A stretch of 64,000 nucleotides of DNA from Wigglesworthia glossinidia (GCA_030827005.1 JAVBJL010000004.1:7559-71558), one strand, 5' to 3'. Counted from the first letter of the stretch, positions 1 through 10,866 are shown. A program made the numbers and translations. Notes: generated from the letters alone by a model not told the origin.

Positions 1-19
1 AATAGAAAAACTCGCGTTT

Positions 20-478
20 TTAAGCGTCTCGTCGAAAGTTCTTTGTAAGAAATTTATAAGAATTTCCGTCAGATCGATATAGTATATTTTCTGGAATAAC
101 TTTTTTGAAAGTTGTATATAATGAATTTATAAGTTGCATATGCGAATTAATTTTTTTATTATTTTTTTCATTTTCTTTATAAACATAAAAGGTGATTGCT
201 TTTATTTTATTCCATAAATGATTAGATTTTATATCTGTAGTTTTGCAGAACTTAATATTTATTATTTTTTCTAAAAAAACACGTTGACTGTCTAAACAAT
301 TTAGCTTATCGATAATTGTTTGTTTTTTTTGAACAATCGATCGAAGGTTTGCGTAATTTACCGGTGTACTGGATAACATTATTGATTCTAAAAGTAGTAT
401 TTTTTTGAACCTTTTGAGATTAAGAAAAATATATTTTAAGATCTCATTTAACTTTTTAAAATAGTGTTTTTTCGTCAT
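20..478 (-). CDS. flgN: Flagellar export chaperone FlgN (for FlgK/FlgL)
   Basis: 152-aa helical ORF downstream of flgA with an FlgN-like pattern (KKQTIIDKLNCLDSQR; W..I; C-terminal LYRSDG); synteny. Confidence 0.85.
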   Translation of the reverse strand: MTKKHYFKKLNEILKYIFLNLKRFKKILLLESIMLSSTPVNYANLRSIVQKKQTIIDKLNCLDSQRVFLEKIINIKFCKTTDIKSNHLWNKIKAITFYVYKENEKNNKKINSHMQLINSLYTTFKKVIPENILYRSDGNSYKFLTKNFRRDA

Positions 479-565
479 ATGTTGATTTTCTTATTGATTT
501 TAAAAAATGTTTGTAAAATTTCAGAATTTTAACTAAAAAATTATAAAATATTTTAGTGAATTAGT

Positions 566-592
566 GTATCGACAAAAATATAATTTTCTTAA
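566..592 (-). promoter_or_regulatory. Putative sigma28 (FliA) promoter for flgN, at the position of the ancestral flgM promoter
   Basis: Minus strand TTAAGAAA-N11-GTCGATAC versus consensus TAAAGTTT-N11-GCCGATAA; lies just after the flgA stop. Confidence 0.5.
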
Positions 593-594
593 AA

Positions 595-1275
595 TTATTT
601 TATATAAAAAACTAACATATTATTTTGATTTAGGATGCCTTGTAAAATTTTCCCAGATGGTAACTTAATTTTTAATATATCTCCAGTAGTAGCATTTTGC
701 ATTGAAATGCCATTATAACGGATATAAAATCCATTTCCTATGAATAAAATAAATATTTTATCTCCTTTATAAACTTTCCAAGGACTACGTATCATGTTAA
801 TTGTAATAGGTTGTCCTATTCCAATTAGTCTTGTAGCAATTTTTCCAATAATAGAAATATTAGATAAAATAAGATTATTTGGTAATTCATTAATATTTCC
901 ATAAACTTTTTTAATATTATTTTTTTCAATGATTGATTTTGGTCTTATCATAGTAGATGCTATATAATATTCTGCATAACTTTTTATACATATTCTTAAA
1001 ATATATTTTTTATTTTCACATGATAAATTCATTACTACCATATCATGAATTTTTATATAGTTAGTAATGTTAATTTTTGGTTTTGTACATTCTTCTTTAA
1101 TATCTTTAGGAGAAATAATAGAAATTTTATACGAAATTATTTTATTATTATTTAATTCGTATAAGAATTTCTCTATTTCTGGAATTAAAAATTCTGATGT
1201 TTTTGCTAATAATCTAAATGAAGTAAAAAAAACAAATAATAATGCAGGAATGAAATTTTTTAAATTTTTTTTCAT
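595..1275 (-). CDS. flgA: P-ring assembly chaperone FlgA
   Basis: Signal peptide; SAF-like C-terminus (PWKVYKGDKI, G.SMQNATTGDILKIKLPSGKIL.G); divergent from flgB. Confidence 0.9.
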   Translation of the reverse strand: MKKNLKNFIPALLFVFFTSFRLLAKTSEFLIPEIEKFLYELNNNKIISYKISIISPKDIKEECTKPKINITNYIKIHDMVVMNLSCENKKYILRICIKSYAEYYIASTMIRPKSIIEKNNIKKVYGNINELPNNLILSNISIIGKIATRLIGIGQPITINMIRSPWKVYKGDKIFILFIGNGFYIRYNGISMQNATTGDILKIKLPSGKILQGILNQNNMLVFYIK

Positions 1276-1340
1276 ATATATAAAATAAAAACATATTTCA
1301 GATAATTAAATTAGTGCAACTCACAAATGATGATAACTGT

Positions 1341-1367
1341 AAATAAGCAAAAAATATTATGTTATTT
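1341..1367. promoter_or_regulatory. Putative FlhD4C2 box between flgA and flgB
   Basis: Imperfect inverted repeat AAATAAGC-N11-TGTTATTT resembling the enteric flgAB class-2 site; weakened by the AT-rich background. Confidence 0.4.
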
Positions 1368-1431
1368 TCTCCATTAAAAATGCCTTATAACAATTAGCAT
1401 ATTGTTCGGATAAATTTTATTAAATCATTTT

Positions 1432-1851
1432 ATGTTAGATAAATTAGAGCAGTATTTAAACTTCCAACAAATTGCCATGAGAACTTTTAGCAAAAGACAA
1501 GAAATATTAGCAATGAATATTGCTAATGCAGATACTCCAAAATATCAATCAAGAGATGTTGATTTTGAAAAAATACTGAAAAAATCACTTAAATCATTAG
1601 ATCAAGATGTAAAAAACTGCACAATGAATCTTAATGTAACATCTAAAAAGCATTTAAATAAAAAAAATTCAGGATATTTTTTTGAAAAAATACTCTATCG
1701 AACACCTGATCAACCATCAGCAGATAAAAATACTGTAGATATGAATCGAGAAAGAATAAATTTTCTTGATAATAGCATTAGATACTATACAAGTATTACT
1801 ATTACAAATAGCTACATCAAAAATATGATGTCCGTTTTATATAAAGGGTAA
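1432..1851 (+). CDS. flgB: Basal-body rod protein FlgB
   Basis: RQEILAMNIANADTPKYQSRDVDF; YRTPDQPSADKNTVDMNRER. Confidence 0.97.
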   Translation: MLDKLEQYLNFQQIAMRTFSKRQEILAMNIANADTPKYQSRDVDFEKILKKSLKSLDQDVKNCTMNLNVTSKKHLNKKNSGYFFEKILYRTPDQPSADKNTVDMNRERINFLDNSIRYYTSITITNSYIKNMMSVLYKG

Positions 1852-1854
1852 ACT

Positions 1855-2253
1855 ATGTTAAATATTTTAAATATTTCAGGATCTGCATTGCTAGCACAAT
1901 CTTGTCGTATCAACGTGAGTGCTAGTAATATAGCAAATGCAGAAAGTTTCGATAAAAATGGCATTCCGTATCAAGCGAAACAAGTAATTTTTAAGTTAGA
2001 TACTAGTAATTGTAATAATAAAATTGGAGGAGTAAAAATAAAAAAAATTATCAACGATAAAAAGCCATGGAAACTAATATACGATCCATACAATCCAAAT
2101 GCAGACGAGTACGGTTATATAAAAACTTCAAATGTAAATATAATCGAAGAAATGGTAAATACAATTTCTGCATCTAGAAGCTATCAAGCGAATATTGAAG
2201 TAATTAACACAGCTCGCACTATGATATTAAAAACATTGAACTTAGGACAATAA
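1855..2253 (+). CDS. flgC: Basal-body rod protein FlgC
   Basis: ASNIANAES; YDPYNPNADEYGY; NVNIIEEMVNTISASRSYQANIEV. Confidence 0.97.
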   Translation: MLNILNISGSALLAQSCRINVSASNIANAESFDKNGIPYQAKQVIFKLDTSNCNNKIGGVKIKKIINDKKPWKLIYDPYNPNADEYGYIKTSNVNIIEEMVNTISASRSYQANIEVINTARTMILKTLNLGQ

Positions 2254-2283
2254 GTATTAAATTTAACTTAAAATAAATAAAAC

Positions 2284-3123
2284 ATGAATATTCCAATTAA
2301 GCAATCCAACATACAAGAATTAAACGAAAACAATATTTATTTAAATAAAATTCGCAAATATCATATAAACAAACGAAATATTTTTCCAGAGAAATTTTCT
2401 CAAAATATGAAAAATAAATTAGAAGAAAATCAGAATTTTTCCGAAATATATCATATTGAAGATCCGAAATATCTTCAAAATAATCATAATAACAGTATAA
2501 AAACAAATGTTAATAATATTGAATCATTAACTAATAATTTTTTAAAAATGATTTTAGTTCAAATAAAAAATCAAGATCCAACACATCCTATAGATAATAA
2601 TCAATTGACATCACAAATGACGCAAATGCATACAGCATTAGGCATAGAAAAACTAAGTAATATTATGCAAGAAATAAAAGATACAAGCAATCACAATCAA
2701 GCAATTAATTTATCTAATTGGATTGGTCATAAAATTATGACACACGGAAATCCAATTATATCATTTGAAGGAAAAAAAGATTATGGATTCAAGTTACCTG
2801 CAAAATCCGACCATGTAATACTAACTTTAACAGATTTATCAGGTAATTCTTATGTGGCAAATTATTATAATTTAAATCCAGGTATTTACAAATTAAATAT
2901 TAATGAAACTAAGACAACACCAGAAATAAATCCAATTAAATTAAAAAATAACGAGCTTTTTAAAGTAAATTTTGAAGCATTCAATACCGACGGTAATCGC
3001 CCAGAAATTTATGCGCTTAAATCACAAAAAATAAAAAATATCATCTTTAAAAATGGTGAACCCAAATTAGCCTTAGAACAAGGAAATTTAGCAGATGTAA
3101 AAGACGTTATTTCTATTGAATAG
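2284..3123 (+). CDS. flgD: Hook-capping protein FlgD with N-terminal extension
   Basis: FLKMILVQIKNQDPTHPIDNNQLTSQM motif; operon order. Confidence 0.93.
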   Translation: MNIPIKQSNIQELNENNIYLNKIRKYHINKRNIFPEKFSQNMKNKLEENQNFSEIYHIEDPKYLQNNHNNSIKTNVNNIESLTNNFLKMILVQIKNQDPTHPIDNNQLTSQMTQMHTALGIEKLSNIMQEIKDTSNHNQAINLSNWIGHKIMTHGNPIISFEGKKDYGFKLPAKSDHVILTLTDLSGNSYVANYYNLNPGIYKLNINETKTTPEINPIKLKNNELFKVNFEAFNTDGNRPEIYALKSQKIKNIIFKNGEPKLALEQGNLADVKDVISIE

Positions 3124-3170
3124 AATTATTATATTTAAAAACAACAAATTATAAAATTAGGAAATAAAAT

Positions 3171-4400
3171 ATGAGTTTTTCTCAAGGTATTAACGGAATT
3201 AACGCGGCATCACAGGCATTAGACGTTATTGGAAATAATATTTCAAATTCTCAAACAATAGGATTTAAATCTTCTTCTATATCATTCTCCGATATATTTT
3301 CAGGATCTATGGCAGGTCTAGGTGCACAAGTGTCTGGTATAACACAAAATTTTGCAAATGGATCAATGCTATCTAGCGATAAAGATCTAGATCTTGCTAT
3401 TTCTGGTAATGGATTTTTTAGATTATCTGATGAAGGAGGAAAAATCTATTTTACACGAAATGGAGAATTTAGATTAAATTCTGATAAACAAATTGTAAAC
3501 TTTCAAAATAAATTTCTCACAGGGTATCAAGCAAAGGGTAATCCTCCATCTATAGAGATGGGATCTTCAATAGAAAATATTTCTCTTCCAGATACTTCCA
3601 TGTATCCCAGCGCCTCCACGCAAGGAATCATCGAAGGAAATTTGAAATCTAATGATAATCCACCGAAAATTGAACAATTTAATTTTAATAATCCAGATAG
3701 CTATAATTTTACTAACCAACTAGAAGCACATGATAGTTTAGGTAAAAAACATATTATAAAAATATTTTATATAAAAAATAAAGAACCTGGTAGTTGGACC
3801 GTAAACGGATATGATGAAACAGCTCCAATGATGAATGGACAAAATATAGACATCCAATCTGTTCCGATTTTTTTTGATGAAAGTGGTAATTTAAAAAAAT
3901 CTGGTGATTTTTATCCCAAACTGATTATATCAAGCGCCAGTGTTAATGGATCTAAACAATCCGAAGTTACAATATCAATGAATAAACTCACTCAACAAGA
4001 ATCCGATAATAAAATTAGTAATCAAAAAATCGACGGATACGGAGTAGGTAACTTTATTGATTTTACAATAAGTAACTCCGGAAAAGTAATTGCTCATTAT
4101 AACAACGGAGAAAATCAGCTAATAGCACAAATAGTTATGGCAAAATTCGCAAGCACATCTGGATTAAAATCTATCGGAGAAAATTGTTGGATAGAAAGCG
4201 AAGAATCAGGACCTGCAATACTAGGAATTTCCGGATCGGGAGGATTTGGTCAAATTTCAAGTCAAAAACTAGAATCATCAAATGTAGATATAAGTAATGA
4301 ATTAGTAAAAATGATGATACAACAAAGCAATTATCAATCTAATGCTCAAACTATAAAAACACAAGATCAATTGCTGCAAGTTCTAGTTAATATGAGGTAA
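3171..4400 (+). CDS. flgE: Hook protein FlgE
   Basis: LDVIGNNISNSQTIGFK; DLAISGNGFF; LESSNVDISNELVKMMIQQSNYQSNAQTIKTQDQ. Confidence 0.98.
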   Translation: MSFSQGINGINAASQALDVIGNNISNSQTIGFKSSSISFSDIFSGSMAGLGAQVSGITQNFANGSMLSSDKDLDLAISGNGFFRLSDEGGKIYFTRNGEFRLNSDKQIVNFQNKFLTGYQAKGNPPSIEMGSSIENISLPDTSMYPSASTQGIIEGNLKSNDNPPKIEQFNFNNPDSYNFTNQLEAHDSLGKKHIIKIFYIKNKEPGSWTVNGYDETAPMMNGQNIDIQSVPIFFDESGNLKKSGDFYPKLIISSASVNGSKQSEVTISMNKLTQQESDNKISNQKIDGYGVGNFIDFTISNSGKVIAHYNNGENQLIAQIVMAKFASTSGLKSIGENCWIESEESGPAILGISGSGGFGQISSQKLESSNVDISNELVKMMIQQSNYQSNAQTIKTQDQLLQVLVNMR

Positions 4401-4406
4401 AATATT

Positions 4407-5153
4407 ATGGATCGTTCAATTTATACAATGATGAATGCAGCTATTTCCACTTCTGAACGTCACAGTATTACTGCAAATAATTTAGCCAATTCTTCTACGT
4501 CAGGATTTCGATCTCAGATCTCTATGTCGAAATCAGTTGAAATAAAAGGACCTACATTTCTCACACGTTCTCTATCTACAAATATTACTACAAAAAATAG
4601 CGATCTACCAGGAGCTATAAATTATAGTGGTAGAGATCTAGACGTAGCAATAATGAACGACGGTTGGTTGTCGGTAAAATTAAAAAATGGAATAGAAGGG
4701 TATACAAAAAACGGACATATTACAATCGACGAAGAAGGAAAACTAAGAATAAAAAATTACATTCTACTTGGGTCGGACGGAAATGAAATAGAAATTCCTC
4801 CAGGCTCTAAATTGACTATTAGCGAAGATGGTATTATTTCTGCACTTAGTGCAGGCGAACCATCAAAATCCATAGTTCCTATCGGTAAGCTAAAGTTAGT
4901 TAAAGCAAAAACAAACGAATTCAATCTAAGTAACGACGGAATATTTACTACTTTTAAAAATAAAAAATTAATTGAAGATGCGTCAGTAAAATTGATTCCA
5001 AAATCATTCGAAGAAAGTAATGTGCAAGCAGTAGACGCCATGATAAAAATAATAAATGATGCTCGTAATTTTGAAATTCACATGAAAGTTATAAGCGATA
5101 TCAGCGAAAACTCTCGAATATCTAATCAATTATTATCAATTAATCAAGTATAA
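4407..5153 (+). CDS. flgF: Basal-body rod protein FlgF
   Basis: MDRSIYT; ANNLANSSTSGFR; GRDLDVA; EESNVQAVDAM. Confidence 0.97.
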   Translation: MDRSIYTMMNAAISTSERHSITANNLANSSTSGFRSQISMSKSVEIKGPTFLTRSLSTNITTKNSDLPGAINYSGRDLDVAIMNDGWLSVKLKNGIEGYTKNGHITIDEEGKLRIKNYILLGSDGNEIEIPPGSKLTISEDGIISALSAGEPSKSIVPIGKLKLVKAKTNEFNLSNDGIFTTFKNKKLIEDASVKLIPKSFEESNVQAVDAMIKIINDARNFEIHMKVISDISENSRISNQLLSINQV

Positions 5154-5162
5154 GGAAAAAAA

Positions 5163-5945
5163 ATGATTCGTTCTCTCAGTATCGCTAAAACAGGATTAGA
5201 AGCACAACAAACAAATATTGATGTTATCTCAAATAATATCGCAAATGTTTCTACAAATGGTTTTAAAAGACAAAGAGCTATATTTGAAGACTTATTATAT
5301 CAAACAATTAGACAGCCAGGATCAAAATCTTCCGAACAAACGACATTACCTTCCGGTTTACAAATAGGAACAGGAGTTCGTCCTTCTGCAACTCTTCGTA
5401 TACATTTACAAGGCGGACTAACTAACACAGGTAATGAAACAGATCTAGCAATAGAAGGAGCAGGTTTTTTTCAAATATTAATGTCAGATGGAACTAATAT
5501 GTATACTCGGGATGGATCTTTTCAGTTAGATCAATACGGACAACTAGTAACCTCTAATGGATACCCCATGCAGCCATCAATTACCATACCTAGTGGTTCA
5601 TCAAATATATCTATTAGTAGAGATGGCATAGTCAGCGTAAATATTCCAGGCCAAACACAACCACAAGAAGTAGGACAAATTACAATTTCCACTTTTGTTA
5701 ATTCATCTGGATTAGAAAGTTTTGGAGAAAATTTATATCGAGAAACACAATCTTCCGGTGCACCGATAGATAACGCCCCGGGAATAAACGGAGCGGGATC
5801 ATTAAAACAAAAATTTGTAGAAAACTCTAATGTTAACATAGCAGAAGAACTCATTACAATGATTCAAGCACAACGCGCTTACGAATTAAATAGCAAAGTA
5901 ATATCCACATCCGATCAAATGCTGCAACGTTTATCACAAATATAA
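5163..5945 (+). CDS. flgG: Distal rod protein FlgG
   Basis: Highly conserved: [53 protein letters not shown]. Confidence 0.99.
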   Translation: MIRSLSIAKTGLEAQQTNIDVISNNIANVSTNGFKRQRAIFEDLLYQTIRQPGSKSSEQTTLPSGLQIGTGVRPSATLRIHLQGGLTNTGNETDLAIEGAGFFQILMSDGTNMYTRDGSFQLDQYGQLVTSNGYPMQPSITIPSGSSNISISRDGIVSVNIPGQTQPQEVGQITISTFVNSSGLESFGENLYRETQSSGAPIDNAPGINGAGSLKQKFVENSNVNIAEELITMIQAQRAYELNSKVISTSDQMLQRLSQI

Positions 5946-5995
5946 TTTTAAATAAAACTATTTTAATTTTTTATTTAAACTCAATAAGGTATAAA

Positions 5996-6682
5996 ATGTA
6001 TGATTCGCGCTATTTTATAGCAACCCTCCTGATCTTATTAGGAGGATGCTCTACTCCTCATAATCCATCTTTAATTCAAGGATCTACTACTACTACTCCA
6101 AATCCACCACCGCCTAGTTTTTTAAATGGAGCAATTTTTCAGCCTGAAAATAATATTAATTACGGATACCAACCTCTATTTGAAGATAGAAGACCAAGAA
6201 ATATCGGAGATATTCTTACCGTATTATTGCAAGAAAATGTTAGCGCAAGCAAAAGCTCTTCGGCAAATGCTAGTCGAAAGAGTAATACAAATTTAGACGT
6301 TAGTGCATTGCCAAATATTCTTAATAGAATTATGGGTAATGATCGATTGACTACAGATGTTAACGGAAATAATAACTTTAATGGAAAAGGCGGGGCTGAA
6401 GCTAATAACACATTCAACGGTGTAATCACAGTAACAGTCATGGAGATTTTAACAAATGGAAATTTAAGTGTCGCTGGAGAAAAAAAAATTTCAATTAATC
6501 AAGGCACGGAATCTATCCGATTTTCTGGTATTGTTAATCCAAAAACAATTGATCATAACAATCAAGTTATGTCGACTTTAATTTCTGATGCTAAAATAGA
6601 ATACGTTGGAGACGGATATATTCATGAAGCTCAAAAAATGGGCTGGTTACAAAGATTTTTATTAAAATACCTTCCATTTTAA
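5996..6682 (+). CDS. flgH: L-ring lipoprotein FlgH
   Basis: Lipobox LLGGC; [18 protein letters not shown]; GWLQRF. Confidence 0.98.
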   Translation: MYDSRYFIATLLILLGGCSTPHNPSLIQGSTTTTPNPPPPSFLNGAIFQPENNINYGYQPLFEDRRPRNIGDILTVLLQENVSASKSSSANASRKSNTNLDVSALPNILNRIMGNDRLTTDVNGNNNFNGKGGAEANNTFNGVITVTVMEILTNGNLSVAGEKKISINQGTESIRFSGIVNPKTIDHNNQVMSTLISDAKIEYVGDGYIHEAQKMGWLQRFLLKYLPF

Positions 6683-6691
6683 GGAAAAGAT

Positions 6692-7804
6692 ATGAAATTT
6701 CTTTTTATTAAAATATTAATTATCACTACATATATAATCTATAATCATAATAGTTATGCAGAACGTATTAGAGATCTTACCACTATTGTCGGAATCAGAG
6801 ATAATGTGTTGATTGGATATGGATTAGTTGTTGGATTAGATGGAACAGGAGACCAAACTACACAAACTCCATTTACAATACAGAGCTTAAGAAACATGTT
6901 ATCTCAATTAGGAGTGACTATTCCGTCCGGAATCAATATGCAACTTAAAAATATAGCCGCAGTCATGGTTACTGCTAAACTACCACCTTTTGCACATGTT
7001 GGTCAGAAAATAGACGTTATAGTTTCATCATTAGGAAGTGCAAAAAGTTTAAGAGGCGGAACGCTATTAATGACTCCTTTAAAAGGTATAGATAATCAAG
7101 TATATGCCTTTGCGCAAGGAAATATTTTAATTTCTGGATCTGGAGCGCAATCTGGAGGAAATAATATACAAATTAATCAATTAAATGGAGGCAGAATTAA
7201 TGAAGGAGCAATTATAGAAAAATCTATAAAAGTAGATTTTAATAATAAAGAATCAATTACGTTACAATTAAATAATAATGATTTTTCTTTAGCACAACAA
7301 ATTAGTGATGCAATAAATACTTATTTTGGAAATAAAAGTGCATATCCAAAAGATAGCAAAACAATTCAAGTAACAATGTTACGTAATAATAAATTAGAAA
7401 AAGTTGAATTTCTTGCACGCTTGCAAAATATTCCAATTATTGTTGGTCCATCCGACGCTATTATAGTAATTAATTCTCGTACAGGATCTGTAGTAATAAA
7501 TCGTGAAGTAGTTTTAAATAATTGCGCTGTAGCTCATGGAGAATTAGTTGTAGAAATCAAAAAAAATACAAAAATTAGTCAGCCCAACACAATATTAGGA
7601 GGAGGAAGCACTGTGATTACTCCAGAAACAGAAATTGTAGTTAAAAATCAAGGCGATTCTTTACAAGAAATATCATCTGGCACAAGCTTAAATACAGTAA
7701 TTGCTTCGCTTAATAGTCTTGGAGCAAAACCCAACGATTTAATGGCAATTTTAGAATCTATGAAAACCGCTGGTTGCTTAAACGCTAAATTAGAGGTAAA
7801 TTAA
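6692..7804 (+). CDS. flgI: P-ring protein FlgI
   Basis: Signal peptide then AERIRDLT; [21 protein letters not shown]; C-terminal [10 protein letters not shown]. Confidence 0.98.
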   Translation: MKFLFIKILIITTYIIYNHNSYAERIRDLTTIVGIRDNVLIGYGLVVGLDGTGDQTTQTPFTIQSLRNMLSQLGVTIPSGINMQLKNIAAVMVTAKLPPFAHVGQKIDVIVSSLGSAKSLRGGTLLMTPLKGIDNQVYAFAQGNILISGSGAQSGGNNIQINQLNGGRINEGAIIEKSIKVDFNNKESITLQLNNNDFSLAQQISDAINTYFGNKSAYPKDSKTIQVTMLRNNKLEKVEFLARLQNIPIIVGPSDAIIVINSRTGSVVINREVVLNNCAVAHGELVVEIKKNTKISQPNTILGGGSTVITPETEIVVKNQGDSLQEISSGTSLNTVIASLNSLGAKPNDLMAILESMKTAGCLNAKLEVN

Positions 7805-7807
7805 AAA

Positions 7808-8101
7808 ATGAACAATACAATATTCCTAAAAAATACTACATATAATGCTTTTGAGCAATTAGATAATGCTCAATATAAATCAAATGATATAAAAAATTAT
7901 TCTTCTGAAAAAATAGAAAGTTTATTTGTTAATTTAATGATTAAAAGTATGCGTTCTACGCATTTAGAAGAAAATTTATTAAATAGTGAACAAAAAAATC
8001 TATACGAATCCATTTATGATCAAATTTTATCTGATCAGATAAGCCAAAAAAGCATAGGATTAAAAAAATTTTTTCATGAAAATTTTTTTCAAAAAATATA
8101 A
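7808..8101 (+). CDS. flgJ: FlgJ, rod-capping domain only (no muramidase domain)
   Basis: IESLFVNLMIKSMR...LYESIYDQ matches the FlgJ N-terminal domain; only 123 bp remain before flgK. Confidence 0.88.
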   Translation: MNNTIFLKNTTYNAFEQLDNAQYKSNDIKNYSSEKIESLFVNLMIKSMRSTHLEENLLNSEQKNLYESIYDQILSDQISQKSIGLKKFFHENFFQKI

Positions 8102-8150
8102 AATTTTTTTATAAGATTAGTATTTTTAAATTTAAATAACTAATAAATAT

Positions 8151-8177
8151 CAAATTTTTTACTAATTCATCCGATAA
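8151..8177 (+). promoter_or_regulatory. sigma28 promoter of flgKL
   Basis: CAAATTTT-N11-TCCGATAA, 47 bp upstream of the flgK ATG. Confidence 0.7.
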
Positions 8178-8224
8178 CACCTTATGTATTATTATAAATT
8201 TTTAAATAAATTAAAAGGTTTTAT

Positions 8225-9877
8225 ATGTTCAACCTATATCACATTGCAAAAAATTCATTAAAATCCGGAGAAGTAGCATTAAGTATTGCAGAAAACAACA
8301 TATCTAATGCCAATAATATTCAATATCATCGAGAAAAAGTGATAATCGGCGCTAATTCAGGAAAAAATATTCCAGAAGGATATATCGGAAACGGAGCTTG
8401 CATCAATGATATTTTTAGAATTAATGATGAAATTAGTAATGAGAAAATTAGATATTCTAATGGCGTATTACATGCAATTTATGCTAAAAATAATAAATTA
8501 CAACATTTAGATAATTTTTTTAGCAATAATATTGAAAATTTTTCAAAACAACTAAACGATGTTTTTGATGCGCTAGAATCTATTGCGCAACAACCATCTA
8601 ATGGAATTTATCGCACCAATATAACGTTAGAATTAGAATCTCTTGTGCATCAATTTAATAAAATAGGAAAAGAAATAAAAAATATCGAATTAAATGCTAC
8701 TAAAGACATCTCTTTTTCTATTGAAACAATTAATAATTTATCTAAAGAATTAGCAAATATTAATTGTTTAATATCTCAATCAATCAACAAAAAAATACCC
8801 CTGAATTTATTAGATAAAAGAGACGCTCTTTTAGAAGAGTTAAGCAAAAAAATAGGAATTTTAACAAATATAAATGAAGAAGAAATAGTATATATTAAAT
8901 TAGAAAATGGATCTACTTTACTAGATAACAACGAAACATATCCTTTAATATATGAAAAAAATAACATACAAAATATAACTATTTCAAGTACAAATAATAA
9001 TCAAACTCAAGAGAAAAAAATAAAAATAAATTCGAATAATATTTTAAAAGGAGAACTCGGAGGTTTAATATCTTTTTATAATCAAAATATACCAAAATTA
9101 AAAGAAAAAATTAATCAAGCTATTTTAAAATTTGTACAATTATTTAATACAGTTAACCATCAAGGATATGATTTTTATCATAAACCGGGAGGAGATATAT
9201 TTTCTTATAAATTATTCAATCATACAGGTAGCAATTCAAACTCTGGAAATGCAAAAATTTCTAATATAGAAACAAATGATTCTAATAATATTTTTCCATC
9301 AACATATAATTTACTATATGAATCTGATCAATGGAAAATAGTTAAAACATTTAATGGAAAAAAAGAAACAATTGAATGTCAAATTAAACAAGAAAATTTG
9401 AAAAGCGTAATATCTTTTGATAATTTATCTTTAAACTTAGATGGTTTACCAAAAAATGGAGATAAATTTAAATTAAATGTAGCAATGGACATTGCTGAAA
9501 GTATCAAATTAAATTTATCCGATGGAAATAAAATAGCATCTTCGAATGATAAAAATACTTATAATAATAATTTTAATATTTTAGAATTAATAGATATTCA
9601 AAATAAAAAAATATTTGATAATAAAACTTTTTCAGAGAACTATGCTGATTTCATATCTTATATAGGACAAACTACTAAAAATATACAAAATATACAAGAT
9701 TCTCAAGAAAAAATTAACAAACAATTGCATTTAGAATATGAAAATAAAATCGGTATAAATTTAAATGAAGAATACGTTTATATAGAATTATATCGCCAAT
9801 ATTATTACGCCAATATTCAACTAATTAAAATAGCATCTTCTCTTTTTGAATCATTACTAGGAATAGTAAAAAAATAA
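8225..9877 (+). CDS. flgK: Hook-associated protein 1 FlgK
   Basis: ENNISNANNIQYHRE; LLDKRDALLEELS; GELGGL; GINLNEE. Confidence 0.95.
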   Translation: MFNLYHIAKNSLKSGEVALSIAENNISNANNIQYHREKVIIGANSGKNIPEGYIGNGACINDIFRINDEISNEKIRYSNGVLHAIYAKNNKLQHLDNFFSNNIENFSKQLNDVFDALESIAQQPSNGIYRTNITLELESLVHQFNKIGKEIKNIELNATKDISFSIETINNLSKELANINCLISQSINKKIPLNLLDKRDALLEELSKKIGILTNINEEEIVYIKLENGSTLLDNNETYPLIYEKNNIQNITISSTNNNQTQEKKIKINSNNILKGELGGLISFYNQNIPKLKEKINQAILKFVQLFNTVNHQGYDFYHKPGGDIFSYKLFNHTGSNSNSGNAKISNIETNDSNNIFPSTYNLLYESDQWKIVKTFNGKKETIECQIKQENLKSVISFDNLSLNLDGLPKNGDKFKLNVAMDIAESIKLNLSDGNKIASSNDKNTYNNNFNILELIDIQNKKIFDNKTFSENYADFISYIGQTTKNIQNIQDSQEKINKQLHLEYENKIGINLNEEYVYIELYRQYYYANIQLIKIASSLFESLLGIVKK

Positions 9878-9915
9878 TCAATGAATTTAAAATTTTTAAT
9901 TTAGAGGAGTACCAT

Positions 9916-10866
9916 ATGACCTTAAGCACACGTTCTATATATCGAAATTGTTCTAATAATATCGTACGTGCCACATCCGAATTTCATAAATTAACATCTT
10001 ACTTTAGTGCCGGAAAACGTGTCATCAAGGCCTCAGATAATCCTAAAGCAATTTCGGATAGCATTAATACTCGTAATAAATTATCTCAGATAAATAGATT
10101 TCATAAAACTAGAAATTACGTCAAATCTTTTTTATCTAAAGAATGCAGCATACTTCAAGATATCAGTAATGCCTTATCTGTAATTGGAGTAAAGGTAATA
10201 AGTATTCAAAAAACTTTAGGAGATCCAACAATTTTAATTGAAGAGTTAAAAAGTTTAAAAAACGAACTTATTATGCTTGCTAACAGCACAGATTCTAATA
10301 ATAATTATATTTTTTCTGGAGATCAAGCAAACAAAATACCATTTGATAAAAATCAAGAAAATTCTATAACATACCAAGGAGGTACAAAAAGTTTACAACT
10401 AACTATTTCAGATAACTGGAAAATAGACATTAATCATATAGGAAGCGAAATATTTATACAGCATGAAAAAGAAAATTTATTTCAAAAATTAGATGCATTA
10501 ATAAAAGAATTATCACAATACGCATTAAAAAAAAAACAAATTCCAGATACAAATAATTCCGATATAGTAGATTTACCATATGAATTAATAAATCAAACTA
10601 AAAAGTTAATTAAAAAAACAGAAAATCAAGTCTTATATGCACAAGTTCAATCCGGAAATTATTTAATAAAAATTAACGATCTAGAAAATTCTGAAACTTC
10701 AGATATAGAAAGAATAAATGAATATTTACAAAATAATTTAGGTCAAAATCACACCGAACTAGTTCGCATGGCGTCAGAATTACAAATCTCAAAAGTTCTC
10801 GTAGAATCTTCTATACAAATTTTTCATATCATGAAAAATATGTCTTTATTTAATGGAATTATATAA
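9916..10866 (+). CDS. flgL: Hook-associated protein 3 FlgL
   Basis: GKRVIKASDNP; LANSTDSNNNYIFSG; C-terminal MSLFN; follows flgK. Confidence 0.93.
   Translation: MTLSTRSIYRNCSNNIVRATSEFHKLTSYFSAGKRVIKASDNPKAISDSINTRNKLSQINRFHKTRNYVKSFLSKECSILQDISNALSVIGVKVISIQKTLGDPTILIEELKSLKNELIMLANSTDSNNNYIFSGDQANKIPFDKNQENSITYQGGTKSLQLTISDNWKIDINHIGSEIFIQHEKENLFQKLDALIKELSQYALKKKQIPDTNNSDIVDLPYELINQTKKLIKKTENQVLYAQVQSGNYLIKINDLENSETSDIERINEYLQNNLGQNHTELVRMASELQISKVLVESSIQIFHIMKNMSLFNGII

Noticed and set aside
1067-6441. Antisense ORFs 1067-1288, 2297-2506, 4757-5041, 5531-5854, 6160-6441
   Set aside because: They lie entirely opposite conserved genes, have no motifs, and are shadows of codon bias
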